Virus record (IMG/VR): IMGVR_UViG_3300035675_000001
Length of the DNA stretch: 64,000 nt
Source of the DNA: a virus
Lineage: Duplodnaviria; Caudoviricetes
Strand: one strand, 5' to 3'
The notes beneath the pieces were generated by a model that worked only from the letters and a program-made list of their open reading frames with translations, was not told where the DNA came from and searched no databases. This document shows positions 45,501-53,909 of this stretch, piece by piece (positions within the stretch are counted from its first letter, which is position 1; each line of letters starts with the position of its first letter). A program made the position numbers and the translations under genes.

Positions 45501-46744
45501 TCGTAGGACGTGACCCAATTCTGGTTCGTGTAGAACATCCGATGCGTCTCGTCAGAAAGGTCTGGCAGGCCATCCAGGCTCAAGGGCATCGGGAGAGTAT
45601 TCGGGATGTCCGTGCGGTAGTGCTGGAGCGTCGCCGGGCTGCTGCCCATGCGCTGCTCAGTCGTATCCGTGTCGGTCAGCAGGTCCAGATCGCTGAACAC
45701 GACCGCAAACCGCCGCGCCCGCATCCCCGCACCGCCCACCGAAGACGAACCGGGGCACGGCTGGAAAGCGTAAACCTCCTGGCGGTCATAGAAGCACTTG
45801 ATGCGGATGCGAAAGCGGAACGGCAAAATCGGACCAATGTGCGTGGCGAAGCTTTCGGTCGAAAGCTGGAGCCGAATGTCAGCCGGAGCAGGGATGATGA
45901 ACGTGTTCTCCAGGAACTCATACGGCAGGTCAACCGCGCCGGGCGGCTGGCCCAGGACAGACCAGTTGCCGGTTGGGGTTCGGACGAGCACTTGGTCGGG
46001 AGGATTGACCGATTCCGGGTCCAGCTCGACCTGGAAATAGGTCGTGCCCGGCAACAGGTAAATCTCCTCCGCCATCGCGGAAACGGACATTCCGATGGAG
46101 GACGAAAACGCAGCCTCGCCGATCTGCTCGCCGGTATAGACGTAGCCGAGAAACTGCTTGGTCTTGCCTGGCAGCGGGCGCAGCGCGGACTGGACTTCAA
46201 AATCACCTGCTACGACTGTTGAGCTGTCGCCGGTGATGATGTTGTTCTGGAAGTCAGTGATGCGGGCCACGATCCGATAAACGCCGTGGTCAGCGTTCTG
46301 GTAGTGGACCTTGTTGGTGTCTCCCGAAGCCTGCCAAATGCTGTTCCGGTAGAGGTTCCAGGTAACTGATTGGTAGCCCAAGCCTTGCGGGCTGGAAAAG
46401 AGGATGTCGGCGTCAATCGTGTCGCCCTTGGCGTATTTGAGCTGGCTCCAGTTGATCCAGGTCTCTACCGGGCCGGTGGGGTAGCCCATGACCTGGACCG
46501 TGAATGCCTGAGTCTGGCTGGTCGAATCGGGCTTGACCGCCATGACGCTGATGATCGTGGTCACCGGCGAAACCGGCGTGAACACGACCTTGGAACCCGT
46601 TCCCTCAGCAATCTTTACCGTCGTCCAGACAGTCCAAACTGTTTGGAGCGGCACTACCCCGTCAACCAGGATGTCCAGCTCTACCGCAACTCCGGCAGTC
46701 AGGATCGGCGGTAACGGATCGCCATTGAGCGTCAGCGTTATCAT
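42551..46744 (-). CDS. 1397-aa virion protein with C-terminal phosphodiester glycosidase (NAGPA/DUF2233-like) domain
   Basis: ARTVAGV...VVEG...AINLDGGGSS; FNGNFF; N-terminal PKD-like repeats; GTAGTTA upstream. Confidence 0.75.
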   Translation of the reverse strand: MITLTLNGDPLPPILTAGVAVELDILVDGVVPLQTVWTVWTTVKIAEGTGSKVVFTPVSPVTTIISVMAVKPDSTSQTQAFTVQVMGYPTGPVETWINWSQLKYAKGDTIDADILFSSPQGLGYQSVTWNLYRNSIWQASGDTNKVHYQNADHGVYRIVARITDFQNNIITGDSSTVVAGDFEVQSALRPLPGKTKQFLGYVYTGEQIGEAAFSSSIGMSVSAMAEEIYLLPGTTYFQVELDPESVNPPDQVLVRTPTGNWSVLGQPPGAVDLPYEFLENTFIIPAPADIRLQLSTESFATHIGPILPFRFRIRIKCFYDRQEVYAFQPCPGSSSVGGAGMRARRFAVVFSDLDLLTDTDTTEQRMGSSPATLQHYRTDIPNTLPMPLSLDGLPDLSDETHRMFYTNQNWVTSYDPTVPGVLEVDANSTYAIENARPFTISFMMPAYPTIIQRPRRVSGKVAVYLANGFVNQGTVVTLRLLTAGGYGTETVSVPITADAFSPDLETYLKIGEADVDISDGCFIDNGLVGIVTLDETGADLGTWPMGTVRPDPVPLEGTIYSTTSAPFARFDGACYHNTGLVDVMMGTTTSSSGTYTVDVSGTIYPMVADIVACYDPKCAPVGMFCYGQENVDHKMHVPQPLYDPAPFVAPADNVTLCHCNPCLIEEWVGTLYGTFPPHDPYVAYTNGSMCGVPYGFVACNGTSSPLVIPYPGTTVPPDYVCFQGTCYGLYGSLPFTTGYQPVLRSDVEVVYDCQDVICTGSVSGGMVFRYRDPENQRDVDVYMNHVDNGMPFFAVVPETYNDGINGLTTGEETVGITANRPEQPFLSVAGQGTLSITVSADSEKQIVRYRNSVPSYFVLRQGIRNIIIDVLPGDVLAFRMYAKKAAVNVTWKPWVPRPRLYAAGTLYPASPTPIRSVGFTGLTDRSEYRFYGTLPVDITASEINPDSILTVQSAGAEYVLVRCRGINDSVPALPYPSTWYGSNTPLAGPLVFKLYAGREDAGFNGDMDVWLGEEGELPHILAANPFQSLVRYGTPPPTNRVPEVERNSLRVVENAYLYRWPSAYISDSGTRIVVAAPPVERYATVIHDGGIYTWAGTEPGAAFDLLEWNFSGSFVPKEGVTVESRALPDGTRMFIAVVDMRHANVYVTYPGGTRDTVRQTTLDFAQMVYSDLAFNGNFFLPFPSFDLNAASVGFTVSSTNKFSPFEPQPIGFGYPNQSYAILPYAPALNFDANFHAAVVHRNPAFGDNKHILEAMQLVNTVSGSAQVITNGVKTIPIYGTNAGQLSAISGYSNSNSWYDLIRARTVAGVTLDQQTLVICVVEGVSGSSGGQGGMRVGDIADILIQDYKVYNAINLDGGGSSGLVLKDQNTGTYHLLNTSPDGPLGRAVAVNVAITLI

Positions 46745-46763
46745 CGACCTAACTACCCACGGA

Positions 46764-47348
46764 TCACTCCGTGCCCAAAGCGCCGTAGATGAACTGCTGA
46801 TCGACGAAAACGAGGTCGGTGCGCTCGATGCTCATGGGGTTGACGCGGCCCTTGTCCGGGAAGACTTCCTGGCCCTTGAAAAACTCGTGCTTCACGTCTT
46901 TGCCCCACTGGAGCACGCTGAAATGCAGGTTTTCCTTCTTGGCCTCCTCTGCATTATCCGGCAGAACGATAAGGCTTTCGTGCCGGACGCTGGGTTCGAG
47001 CAACATGAAGCGCCCGACGATCTGGAAGGCGTCCAGGGCGATTTCGTCCCGCGTCAGCTTGGCGAGAATGTCCTCAACATGGAGGAAGCAGTTCAGAACG
47101 CCCTTGATGTCAAAGGTGATGGTCTGAGCGAATGCCTGGGGGAGCTGGAACAGCACAAGGTCGCCCGGCGTGTAAACTTCCTTGGTGCTGTATTTGCCCT
47201 CCGGCCCGTAGCCCTCCAGGGCACCGACCGCGATGACTTCACCGATCTCGTAAAGCTTGGCGCGATTGGGAGGCAAATGGATTGCCCCTTTCAACTTGGC
47301 AGCGTGCTGCTTCACCACGACTCGACCCGGCATAGCGTTCAATTTCAT
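46764..47348 (-). CDS. groES: GroES-like co-chaperonin, apparently two tandem domains
   Basis: MKLNAMPGRVVVK...GAIHLP...GEVIAVG...GDLVLF...EDILA; second half VGRFMLLE...LIVLPDNA...VLQWG...KGQEV. Confidence 0.7.
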   Translation of the reverse strand: MKLNAMPGRVVVKQHAAKLKGAIHLPPNRAKLYEIGEVIAVGALEGYGPEGKYSTKEVYTPGDLVLFQLPQAFAQTITFDIKGVLNCFLHVEDILAKLTRDEIALDAFQIVGRFMLLEPSVRHESLIVLPDNAEEAKKENLHFSVLQWGKDVKHEFFKGQEVFPDKGRVNPMSIERTDLVFVDQQFIYGALGTE

Positions 47349-47375
47349 ATTCGGGTAGAACGCGGTTGAAATTGT

Positions 47376-48431
47376 TTACAAATGTGCTCCGGCTCCGCGC
47401 TGGCCAGGGAGGTCGGTGCCCAGGCGCATAATCTCCCGGTCCACGCTGTGGGGCCTCTCCCGCTCGGTGACGGCGTAGAGCGCAGCATCCACGTCGTCGT
47501 TGGCGTCATTGGTCAGCCGGGCCGTGCCGTCCGCGTTTTTCCCGTGCGGCATCTTGGCAACCGATACAGGCATCACAGAGCTGAGCCGCAGCGCAGTCTC
47601 CACGGCCAGGCCGGTGGAATCGCTGTCGTAGAGGATGCAAAACTCCTTGATGTGCCGGTAACGCTGAAACTTGGCTACCTGGGACCGGCTGAGACGATGC
47701 GTGAAGATACAGACCGGGACGATGTGCTGGATGTCCAGCTCCCGCAGCTTGCGGCGGATCGAGAGCGTGTTCAGGATCGACTCGACCACGATTACCAGGC
47801 TGATATTCGGGTCGGCCAGCGCGTCCAGGTTGTAAACCCAGTAGCTCGGCCCATAGGGCACTTCCTTTTTGCTGGGGAACTTCTTGGTGGTCTCGAAGCC
47901 CTCGTCGGAGTAGGTGCGGCCCTGGTAATAGACGCAGCGCACGCCCTCATAGACCGGGAAGATGCAGAAAGGCTCCCAATTTCCTGTCCGCGTGAATCCG
48001 GCCCCCGCTTCCTCCAGGTCTTCGATGCCCAGGTGCTTACGCTCGGCCATGTCCTTGCAGAAACGCCAGTAGCAGCTCTTTCGGTTCTTGGCCAGCGGGC
48101 TGAACCCCTCCGGCAGCTCGATGTTCTGGACCGGCGTGACCGCCTGCTTCATGTCGCCCCGGAGCGTCTGGCCGAACTCGTCAAACCCGGCGCTGCCATC
48201 ATCCGTCCAGCTCAGCCCCTTCAACTTGAACAGGGCGGCAACGTGGTGCGGCTGGGGGTCGTGGCAGCGCCAGCAATGCGACCGTAAGGTCTTGACGTTG
48301 ATGCTGCGATTTCCCGTTCTATCTCCACAGCCAGGCACGGGGCAGACGATGTAGATTTCATCGTCCGTCGTGCGGTCTTTGATGACCTCAAAGACGTTGC
48401 CAATCTCGCGTTTGACCCTATCCGGCGACAT
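47376..48431 (-). CDS. DNA primase (zinc finger plus Toprim)
   Basis: CPVPGC...HCWRC zinc-binding domain; VIVVES and ILYDSD Toprim motifs. Confidence 0.85.
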   Translation of the reverse strand: MSPDRVKREIGNVFEVIKDRTTDDEIYIVCPVPGCGDRTGNRSINVKTLRSHCWRCHDPQPHHVAALFKLKGLSWTDDGSAGFDEFGQTLRGDMKQAVTPVQNIELPEGFSPLAKNRKSCYWRFCKDMAERKHLGIEDLEEAGAGFTRTGNWEPFCIFPVYEGVRCVYYQGRTYSDEGFETTKKFPSKKEVPYGPSYWVYNLDALADPNISLVIVVESILNTLSIRRKLRELDIQHIVPVCIFTHRLSRSQVAKFQRYRHIKEFCILYDSDSTGLAVETALRLSSVMPVSVAKMPHGKNADGTARLTNDANDDVDAALYAVTERERPHSVDREIMRLGTDLPGQRGAGAHL

Positions 48432-48453
48432 GCTGTAGTTAAGAACGAAGTTT

Positions 48454-48645
48454 ATGGAACTGAACCAGATGATCGACATTTCGAGGAAGTTCGAGCAGGA
48501 CCAGCAGCAGGCTGCCATCGCCCAGGATGGCCAGAACAAAGCTGCGTTCGCCCTGAACTTGATCCAGCGGATGCCGCAAGAACCGACGAAGCCCGAAGAA
48601 CCGCCGAAAATCCCGTCCCTGGGAGCCTTGGCCATTCCGAGCTGA
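48454..48645 (+). CDS. small hypothetical protein
   Basis: 63 aa; GTAGTTA 12 nt upstream. Confidence 0.5.
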   Translation: MELNQMIDISRKFEQDQQQAAIAQDGQNKAAFALNLIQRMPQEPTKPEEPPKIPSLGALAIPS

Positions 48646-48646
48646 C

Positions 48647-49519
48647 ATGAAACCGCAAGGTGTCTGCATCGTTGCGATGGGTGAGCCATGCTTTGGCGTT
48701 TACGCCTACAACCTGGCTGTCACCATCAAGTTCCGCGACCCCTCCGCACAGATTGCCGTGTTTTACGAGCCGCGCACCCTGTGCGGCCTGGAGCCGCAGG
48801 AGATCAATGTCTTTGACGAGCTGATCGAGCTGGGGCCACGGCACGAATACACCTACCAGGGGCGGATCAATCCCCTGGGATTCAAGCTCCGCGCCCACCT
48901 GTTCTCGCCCTTCGAGCGCACGATCCTCCTGGACGCCGATAGCGCCTGGTTCGGACCCCGGACGGTGACCTCTTTCTTTGAAAACGAGATGGCCGGGCTG
49001 GACTTCGCCACAGTCAGCCACGGCGTCAGCCACGCCACGAGGCCAATGGCCCTGGGCAACGTGATCGACCACGGCCCGCTCTGGCAGGTCCAGAAGGCAT
49101 TCGAGATTCCCGATGGCCGGACGATCCATGAGTGCTACACCCAGTGGTTCTACCTGGTTCGGAATGAGCGCACCGAAGCTTTCCTCAAGCGAGCGATCAG
49201 CCTTTACGACGACTGCCAGATGGGCCTGCGGATGCGCGGCTCGGCCTGGCGCAACTCGGTCGTAAACGATGAGCTGGTCCTGTCCGCCGCCACAGCCCTG
49301 TGCGAAATAGCTCCTGGCCGCATTCCGTTTCATCCCACCACGGACGGCTCGACCAAGGAGCTGACCCCGGAACAGCAAATTGTAAACATTGTCGGCGAGG
49401 ACACCACGGAGAAGTCCATCCAGGCGCTCAAGATTTACACCTTCATCACCGACGCCATCCGCGACATCGGTTTCCGCTGGCTGCCTAAGCCGTGGCAGCC
49501 AAAGTTTTATCCCTATTAG
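48647..49519 (+). CDS. nucleotide-diphospho-sugar transferase-like protein
   Basis: FERTILLDADS DxD motif, KLRAHLFSPF, NDELVLS. Confidence 0.65.
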   Translation: MKPQGVCIVAMGEPCFGVYAYNLAVTIKFRDPSAQIAVFYEPRTLCGLEPQEINVFDELIELGPRHEYTYQGRINPLGFKLRAHLFSPFERTILLDADSAWFGPRTVTSFFENEMAGLDFATVSHGVSHATRPMALGNVIDHGPLWQVQKAFEIPDGRTIHECYTQWFYLVRNERTEAFLKRAISLYDDCQMGLRMRGSAWRNSVVNDELVLSAATALCEIAPGRIPFHPTTDGSTKELTPEQQIVNIVGEDTTEKSIQALKIYTFITDAIRDIGFRWLPKPWQPKFYPY

Positions 49520-50210
49520 CAGCGCGGTCGCGCAGCTCGTGGTAGATCGGCCATAAGGCGTCCGGGCACTTGGCGTCTGTGACGTGCGATAGCTTGGGTT
49601 CGATGAAATCCTGGCGGATGGGGTAACCCAGCAGCGTTTCCAGAAAAGTCATCGCGTTTCCGTTCATCAGCTCGTCGTGCTCGACGTAGAAGAAGGTGCC
49701 ATCGTCGTTGGCCAGGACATGCTGATAAGCGTTGGCCCACATACCCTCCAGTGCGGTCCTCTCGCGTGAAATAGAGGGATGGTCCGCCCGGAGCCGCAGG
49801 GCGCTGTCCACGAAATCGGAAGGATTGCGAAACAGCACGATATTGACGTGCGGCTGAACGAAGAAGGGCTTCCAGGCCAGGTAGGTGAAGGCAAAGCGCG
49901 GGTCTTTGAAAGCATACGGCTGGAACCAGAAGTAACGCCGCATGTTCATCGGCACAGGGAACTTGGCCAGGGGCATCCGCTCACGGGCTTCCAGCGGAAT
50001 CGGCGCAATCAGAATGCCGCTGTAGTCGCAGCTTTGTTTCAAAAGCTCGTTGTTCCAGTGGCAGATGTGGTGATCTTCAAAATAGCCGTGTGGCATCTGG
50101 CTGGTAGCTCCAACCGGGTGAAGCCCGGTGAACACTCCTGACTTGGCCAAGGCACCGGCCAGGGCAGACGTGCCGCACCTGCCTGAACCGAAGATAAGAC
50201 AGTTCCTCAT
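49485..50210 (-). CDS. sulfotransferase family protein
   Basis: IFGSGRCGTSAL (5'-PSB loop), FKDPRF, LFRNP..VDS (3'-PB). Confidence 0.75.
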   Translation of the reverse strand: MRNCLIFGSGRCGTSALAGALAKSGVFTGLHPVGATSQMPHGYFEDHHICHWNNELLKQSCDYSGILIAPIPLEARERMPLAKFPVPMNMRRYFWFQPYAFKDPRFAFTYLAWKPFFVQPHVNIVLFRNPSDFVDSALRLRADHPSISRERTALEGMWANAYQHVLANDDGTFFYVEHDELMNGNAMTFLETLLGYPIRQDFIEPKLSHVTDAKCPDALWPIYHELRDRAANRDKTLAATA

Positions 50211-50857
50211 GACTTATGCACTTTCGTTGACCACCCATCACGCACGCAGGCCAGCATTCTCTGGCGCAGACCCTCCAAGCCAACCGGGTTCAGAGCTGCC
50301 CAGTAGTGAATCATCCAGGCGTCCGGCCAGAAGTTGGAGTCCTGGTTGCAGATCAACCACTCCGGGATGAACGAAATCTTGCTGCGGAAATCCGGGAAAT
50401 AGTGCATGAGGCACTTGATGGCATTCTGCTCCCAGGTGTCGTGCGTGTCGAACGGATCAGCCGGAACGATGGACCCCAGGTGAGGGAGCATGTCGAACAA
50501 CGACTTTGACCAGGCGCAGTTTTTGACCAGGAAAATGCCGAAGCAAACGCCCCACTTATCGAGGGAGACGAGCAGCGGCTTATCCCACGAAAAGGTCTTG
50601 ACCACATCCTCCAGCTTGATGTCGTCGCGCACCATGAGCGCATCGGCATCGAGCCACAGCAGCCAATCACAGTCGTCCATCTGTGAGCGGACAGCGGTGA
50701 TTTTGTTCCAGGACGCAGGTTGCTTCGGATTGAACAGCGACCGGTAGCACACGAACTCGTAGCCGTGCTTGAGGGCATACGCCTGGGTTATCGGGGCGCT
50801 GATGTCACCCAGCATCGCCCGTCCCTCGTCGTAGAGCATGACGACTTTTATCTTCAT
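50207..50857 (-). CDS. GT34 (GMA12/MNN10-like) glycosyltransferase
   Basis: SWNKI...DWLLWLDADAL...GIFLVKN...WEQNAI. Confidence 0.75.
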   Translation of the reverse strand: MKIKVVMLYDEGRAMLGDISAPITQAYALKHGYEFVCYRSLFNPKQPASWNKITAVRSQMDDCDWLLWLDADALMVRDDIKLEDVVKTFSWDKPLLVSLDKWGVCFGIFLVKNCAWSKSLFDMLPHLGSIVPADPFDTHDTWEQNAIKCLMHYFPDFRSKISFIPEWLICNQDSNFWPDAWMIHYWAALNPVGLEGLRQRMLACVRDGWSTKVHKS

Positions 50858-51624
50858 CAGTAGTAGAGCCACTTGGGATGGCGCGATTGAGGCTCGGTCA
50901 TTTTGCGGGCGACCAGGATCAAGCACTCCTCGCGGATCACTTCCGGGAAATTGTTGGCTTTCAGGTGATCCATCGTGTGCTGGTCCGTGTCGCTGAAATC
51001 CACCGCGTAGTTGCAGCCCTTGATTTCCACCACCTGGTATCCGCTGGCTTCGGCCAGGTCTTTCAGCTCGCCGGGGGAGTATTCCCTGGCCAGGCGCGGT
51101 TCGCCTGAGATGATGTAGTTGCTGAAAAACCCAGGGTGAAATCCGTTGAGCACCTTCCAAACAGCTTTGATCGAAACCGCGTTGGGCACGGTCAGAATCA
51201 GAGTGCCGTTGGTCTTCATGATGCGGTTGATCTCATACATCATCCACATCGGATCGCGCTGCATGTGGGGCAGGACTTCGCAGCAGAGCACCGTGTCGAA
51301 CATCCCGTCGCGGTAGGGGAAGTTGTCTTTTTCCGCGTCGAAGTAATCCATCTGGCACTGGAACTCTTTGCCCTCGCGGGAAAAGATGCTGGCCGACCGC
51401 TTGCCTTTGCCCAGGTAGCAGGCATAGACATCCTGGTAGCCGCCGAGGACTTTGCAGACGGGGGCCATCTGGAGAAAGCTCCCCATGTCGAGGAGGTTTT
51501 TGCCCGGCCCTCCCTCCGGCACCTTTTCCAGAGTTCGGAGCATACGGATGCGGTGCCCCTTGACGTAATTCTCCTGATCCTCTGTGTGGGTCCAGTCGAT
51601 TATCTGAGCCAATTCAAGATTCAT
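50857..51624 (-). CDS. class I SAM-dependent methyltransferase
   Basis: LLDMGS motif I, FDTVLCCEVLPH, LILTVPN. Confidence 0.8.
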   Translation of the reverse strand: MNLELAQIIDWTHTEDQENYVKGHRIRMLRTLEKVPEGGPGKNLLDMGSFLQMAPVCKVLGGYQDVYACYLGKGKRSASIFSREGKEFQCQMDYFDAEKDNFPYRDGMFDTVLCCEVLPHMQRDPMWMMYEINRIMKTNGTLILTVPNAVSIKAVWKVLNGFHPGFFSNYIISGEPRLAREYSPGELKDLAEASGYQVVEIKGCNYAVDFSDTDQHTMDHLKANNFPEVIREECLILVARKMTEPQSRHPKWLYY

Positions 51625-53909
51625 AGCTTCTGCAAATCGTTGACAATTCCATCATCAAAGAACGCCATCCGGCATCGGCAATCGTTTTCACCGAAGGTGA
51701 CCAGCCAGCCGTCTGCTGCCCGAATGGCCCCGCAGGGGAAGATCACGGAGTGCTGGGAGGGCCGGTCGTGCTGAACCGATTCCTCCTCCCCGGCCAGGAG
51801 GGGGAACTTGGACATCAGCACTGGCTTGAACGGAGGGTGAGGCTCGAAGGCGTAAACGCCGATAAAGTATTGACGGATGGGTCCGTAGGACTCCTCCCGG
51901 ATGTTGATGCTCGAATGAAAGAAGGACCAGAGCAGCCCGTCGTGAAGCACCGGCGATGAACCGCCACGCAGCTCGCCCCGTTTCCAGTCGTAGTCGTAGC
52001 GGGTCTCGTGAACAAACTTGGTGGTGTGGTCCTCCAGGTTGACCTCGATGACCTTGTGAGGAGCGATGCCGTAGGAAGCGAACATCCGGCCCTCGGCCTC
52101 GAAGAAACACCAGTTCTTCTCCGGCCTGGTGTGATACCAGGGGCGCTCCAGGTAGAAGCTTTCCGCCGTGGTCATGTCGTCGTTAAGGCGGGCGATCCCG
52201 ACCTCATGTGCGTCGGTATATGTGAGCCAGAGATTTTCTTTGTAAACGAAAAATCTTGGGTCTTCCACGCAGTAGTTGCCAAACTTGGAATGGAGGTCCA
52301 GAACCTTGGTGGACTCCAGGATCGGGTTCCACTCCCGGTCCAGCTCGCTGACCGCGACCATCGAGAGCCGGAACCAGGGGATACACTCGCACCGGTAGGC
52401 CAGGAACTTTCGCCCCTTCCAGATGGCCAAGCTGGGGTTGAACCAGGCTTCCACCCGGCCCTTCCGCCCGAAGGTCCACTGGATGACGTTGCGCTTCATC
52501 GGCGGCGGGATGGGAATGGCCTGGAGCATCCGGCTCGTCTCGAACAGGTGTGTAGAAGCCATGTCGATGCTCCGGCGCAGCCCATTGATCGTGGCCGGAA
52601 CGCCGTTGTGGGTATAGAAAGACTCGAACTTCTTGGGCGTCTCAATGACGTTGATCTCCTGGGCCTGGTGAACCAGTTTGCGCTGGTGCCACTTCTCCTT
52701 GCGCCGGGGATTGGGCGGCAGATGCTTTAGCTCAGGAATGTAAACAAACCTGTCTTGCCCGTAAATCGCGTTGGGCCGCTTGAACTTGCAGTTGGCGAGC
52801 TGGGGGTAGGTTTCCTGAATCGTGTTGACCTTCAAACCCTCGGCAATGGCGTAAGGGCAGCTCTGATTGCCGATGAACAGATGGCACCCCGCGATCAGCC
52901 TGGCCAGCTCCAGCAGGTTGGCCGTGGGAACGTGCGGGATCAGGCCGTAGTCGGCCACGAAGGAAGCATACTCCTCGCCGGTGCCGACGAACACCATGTC
53001 TCGCCGAAATTTGTTTACAATCTGGTGCCAGGGGAAGTCTTGATTGCGCCAGCGATGACTGCGGTGAATGACCACGCTGCGCTTGAGGACGATGGGGTCC
53101 ACGTCCAGCCAAGGCATCAGATCATTGAAAAACGTCCCGGCGCTCAGACAGCACGCATCGAGGGACTGCTCCACCAGGTTCTTGCCCAGCCCGCCGAAGT
53201 TGCGAAACAGGTTCAGGTCGTAGTTCACAATCGGCATCTTCTCGACGTAAAAGACCGACTTCACGTAGGGCTGAGCCAGCATGAGCGGAGCGAGGTTCTT
53301 CACGACCTTGGGGGACATGACCTCCCGCAAATCAGGCTTGGGGTTGAGCCTGATCTCCGGCCCCAGGTAGAAAATGCCAAAGCCCATGACTTTCATGGCG
53401 GGCATGGAGTAGATGATGTCGCCCAAGTTGCCGCTGTGGTAGAGCCTCCAGCCCTTGGGGTCGTGGTTGCCCTCCATGCGCTCGACCAGGCCCACCGCGC
53501 CGACTTCCCGTGTCTTCATCAGGGGCGAGCTGAGGGCCGGATAAGACCTGCGGAAGAATGAGGAGCTGTAGATCGGCTCGTCCATCGCGTGGCGCAGGTC
53601 CACCCGAAGAAGCGGTTGGGTCAGCCTGGCATGGATGCCGAGCACTTCCTGGTGATACCAGAGGCCCGGCGTCCAGATGACGCAGACCTGGCCGCTGGAA
53701 ATACGCACCCCTGCCGCAACCGGTGATTCGCCGTTGCTGGGCTTGACCTGGAGGCCGTCACCGATGTCCTTGTCGAGAAGGTTTACAAAAACCAATTCAC
53801 GGTGCGGGTGCGTCTGGCGCTGAAAGCTTTCATGGATGGATCGCAGAGACCCTACGGTCTTCTCATCCACCACCACGATTGTCGAAACCAAGACTGACGC
53901 ATCTATCAT
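51621..53909 (-). CDS. three-domain protein: GT2-like, GT9-like and beta-propeller glycosidase-like (GH130/GH43 clan)
   Basis: HSGNLGDIIYSMP...FIGNQSCPYAIAEG (GT9-like); FNPSL, EDPRF, EKNW, LRGGS, VIFPCG (propeller). Confidence 0.7.
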   Translation of the reverse strand: MIDASVLVSTIVVVDEKTVGSLRSIHESFQRQTHPHRELVFVNLLDKDIGDGLQVKPSNGESPVAAGVRISSGQVCVIWTPGLWYHQEVLGIHARLTQPLLRVDLRHAMDEPIYSSSFFRRSYPALSSPLMKTREVGAVGLVERMEGNHDPKGWRLYHSGNLGDIIYSMPAMKVMGFGIFYLGPEIRLNPKPDLREVMSPKVVKNLAPLMLAQPYVKSVFYVEKMPIVNYDLNLFRNFGGLGKNLVEQSLDACCLSAGTFFNDLMPWLDVDPIVLKRSVVIHRSHRWRNQDFPWHQIVNKFRRDMVFVGTGEEYASFVADYGLIPHVPTANLLELARLIAGCHLFIGNQSCPYAIAEGLKVNTIQETYPQLANCKFKRPNAIYGQDRFVYIPELKHLPPNPRRKEKWHQRKLVHQAQEINVIETPKKFESFYTHNGVPATINGLRRSIDMASTHLFETSRMLQAIPIPPPMKRNVIQWTFGRKGRVEAWFNPSLAIWKGRKFLAYRCECIPWFRLSMVAVSELDREWNPILESTKVLDLHSKFGNYCVEDPRFFVYKENLWLTYTDAHEVGIARLNDDMTTAESFYLERPWYHTRPEKNWCFFEAEGRMFASYGIAPHKVIEVNLEDHTTKFVHETRYDYDWKRGELRGGSSPVLHDGLLWSFFHSSINIREESYGPIRQYFIGVYAFEPHPPFKPVLMSKFPLLAGEEESVQHDRPSQHSVIFPCGAIRAADGWLVTFGENDCRCRMAFFDDGIVNDLQKL

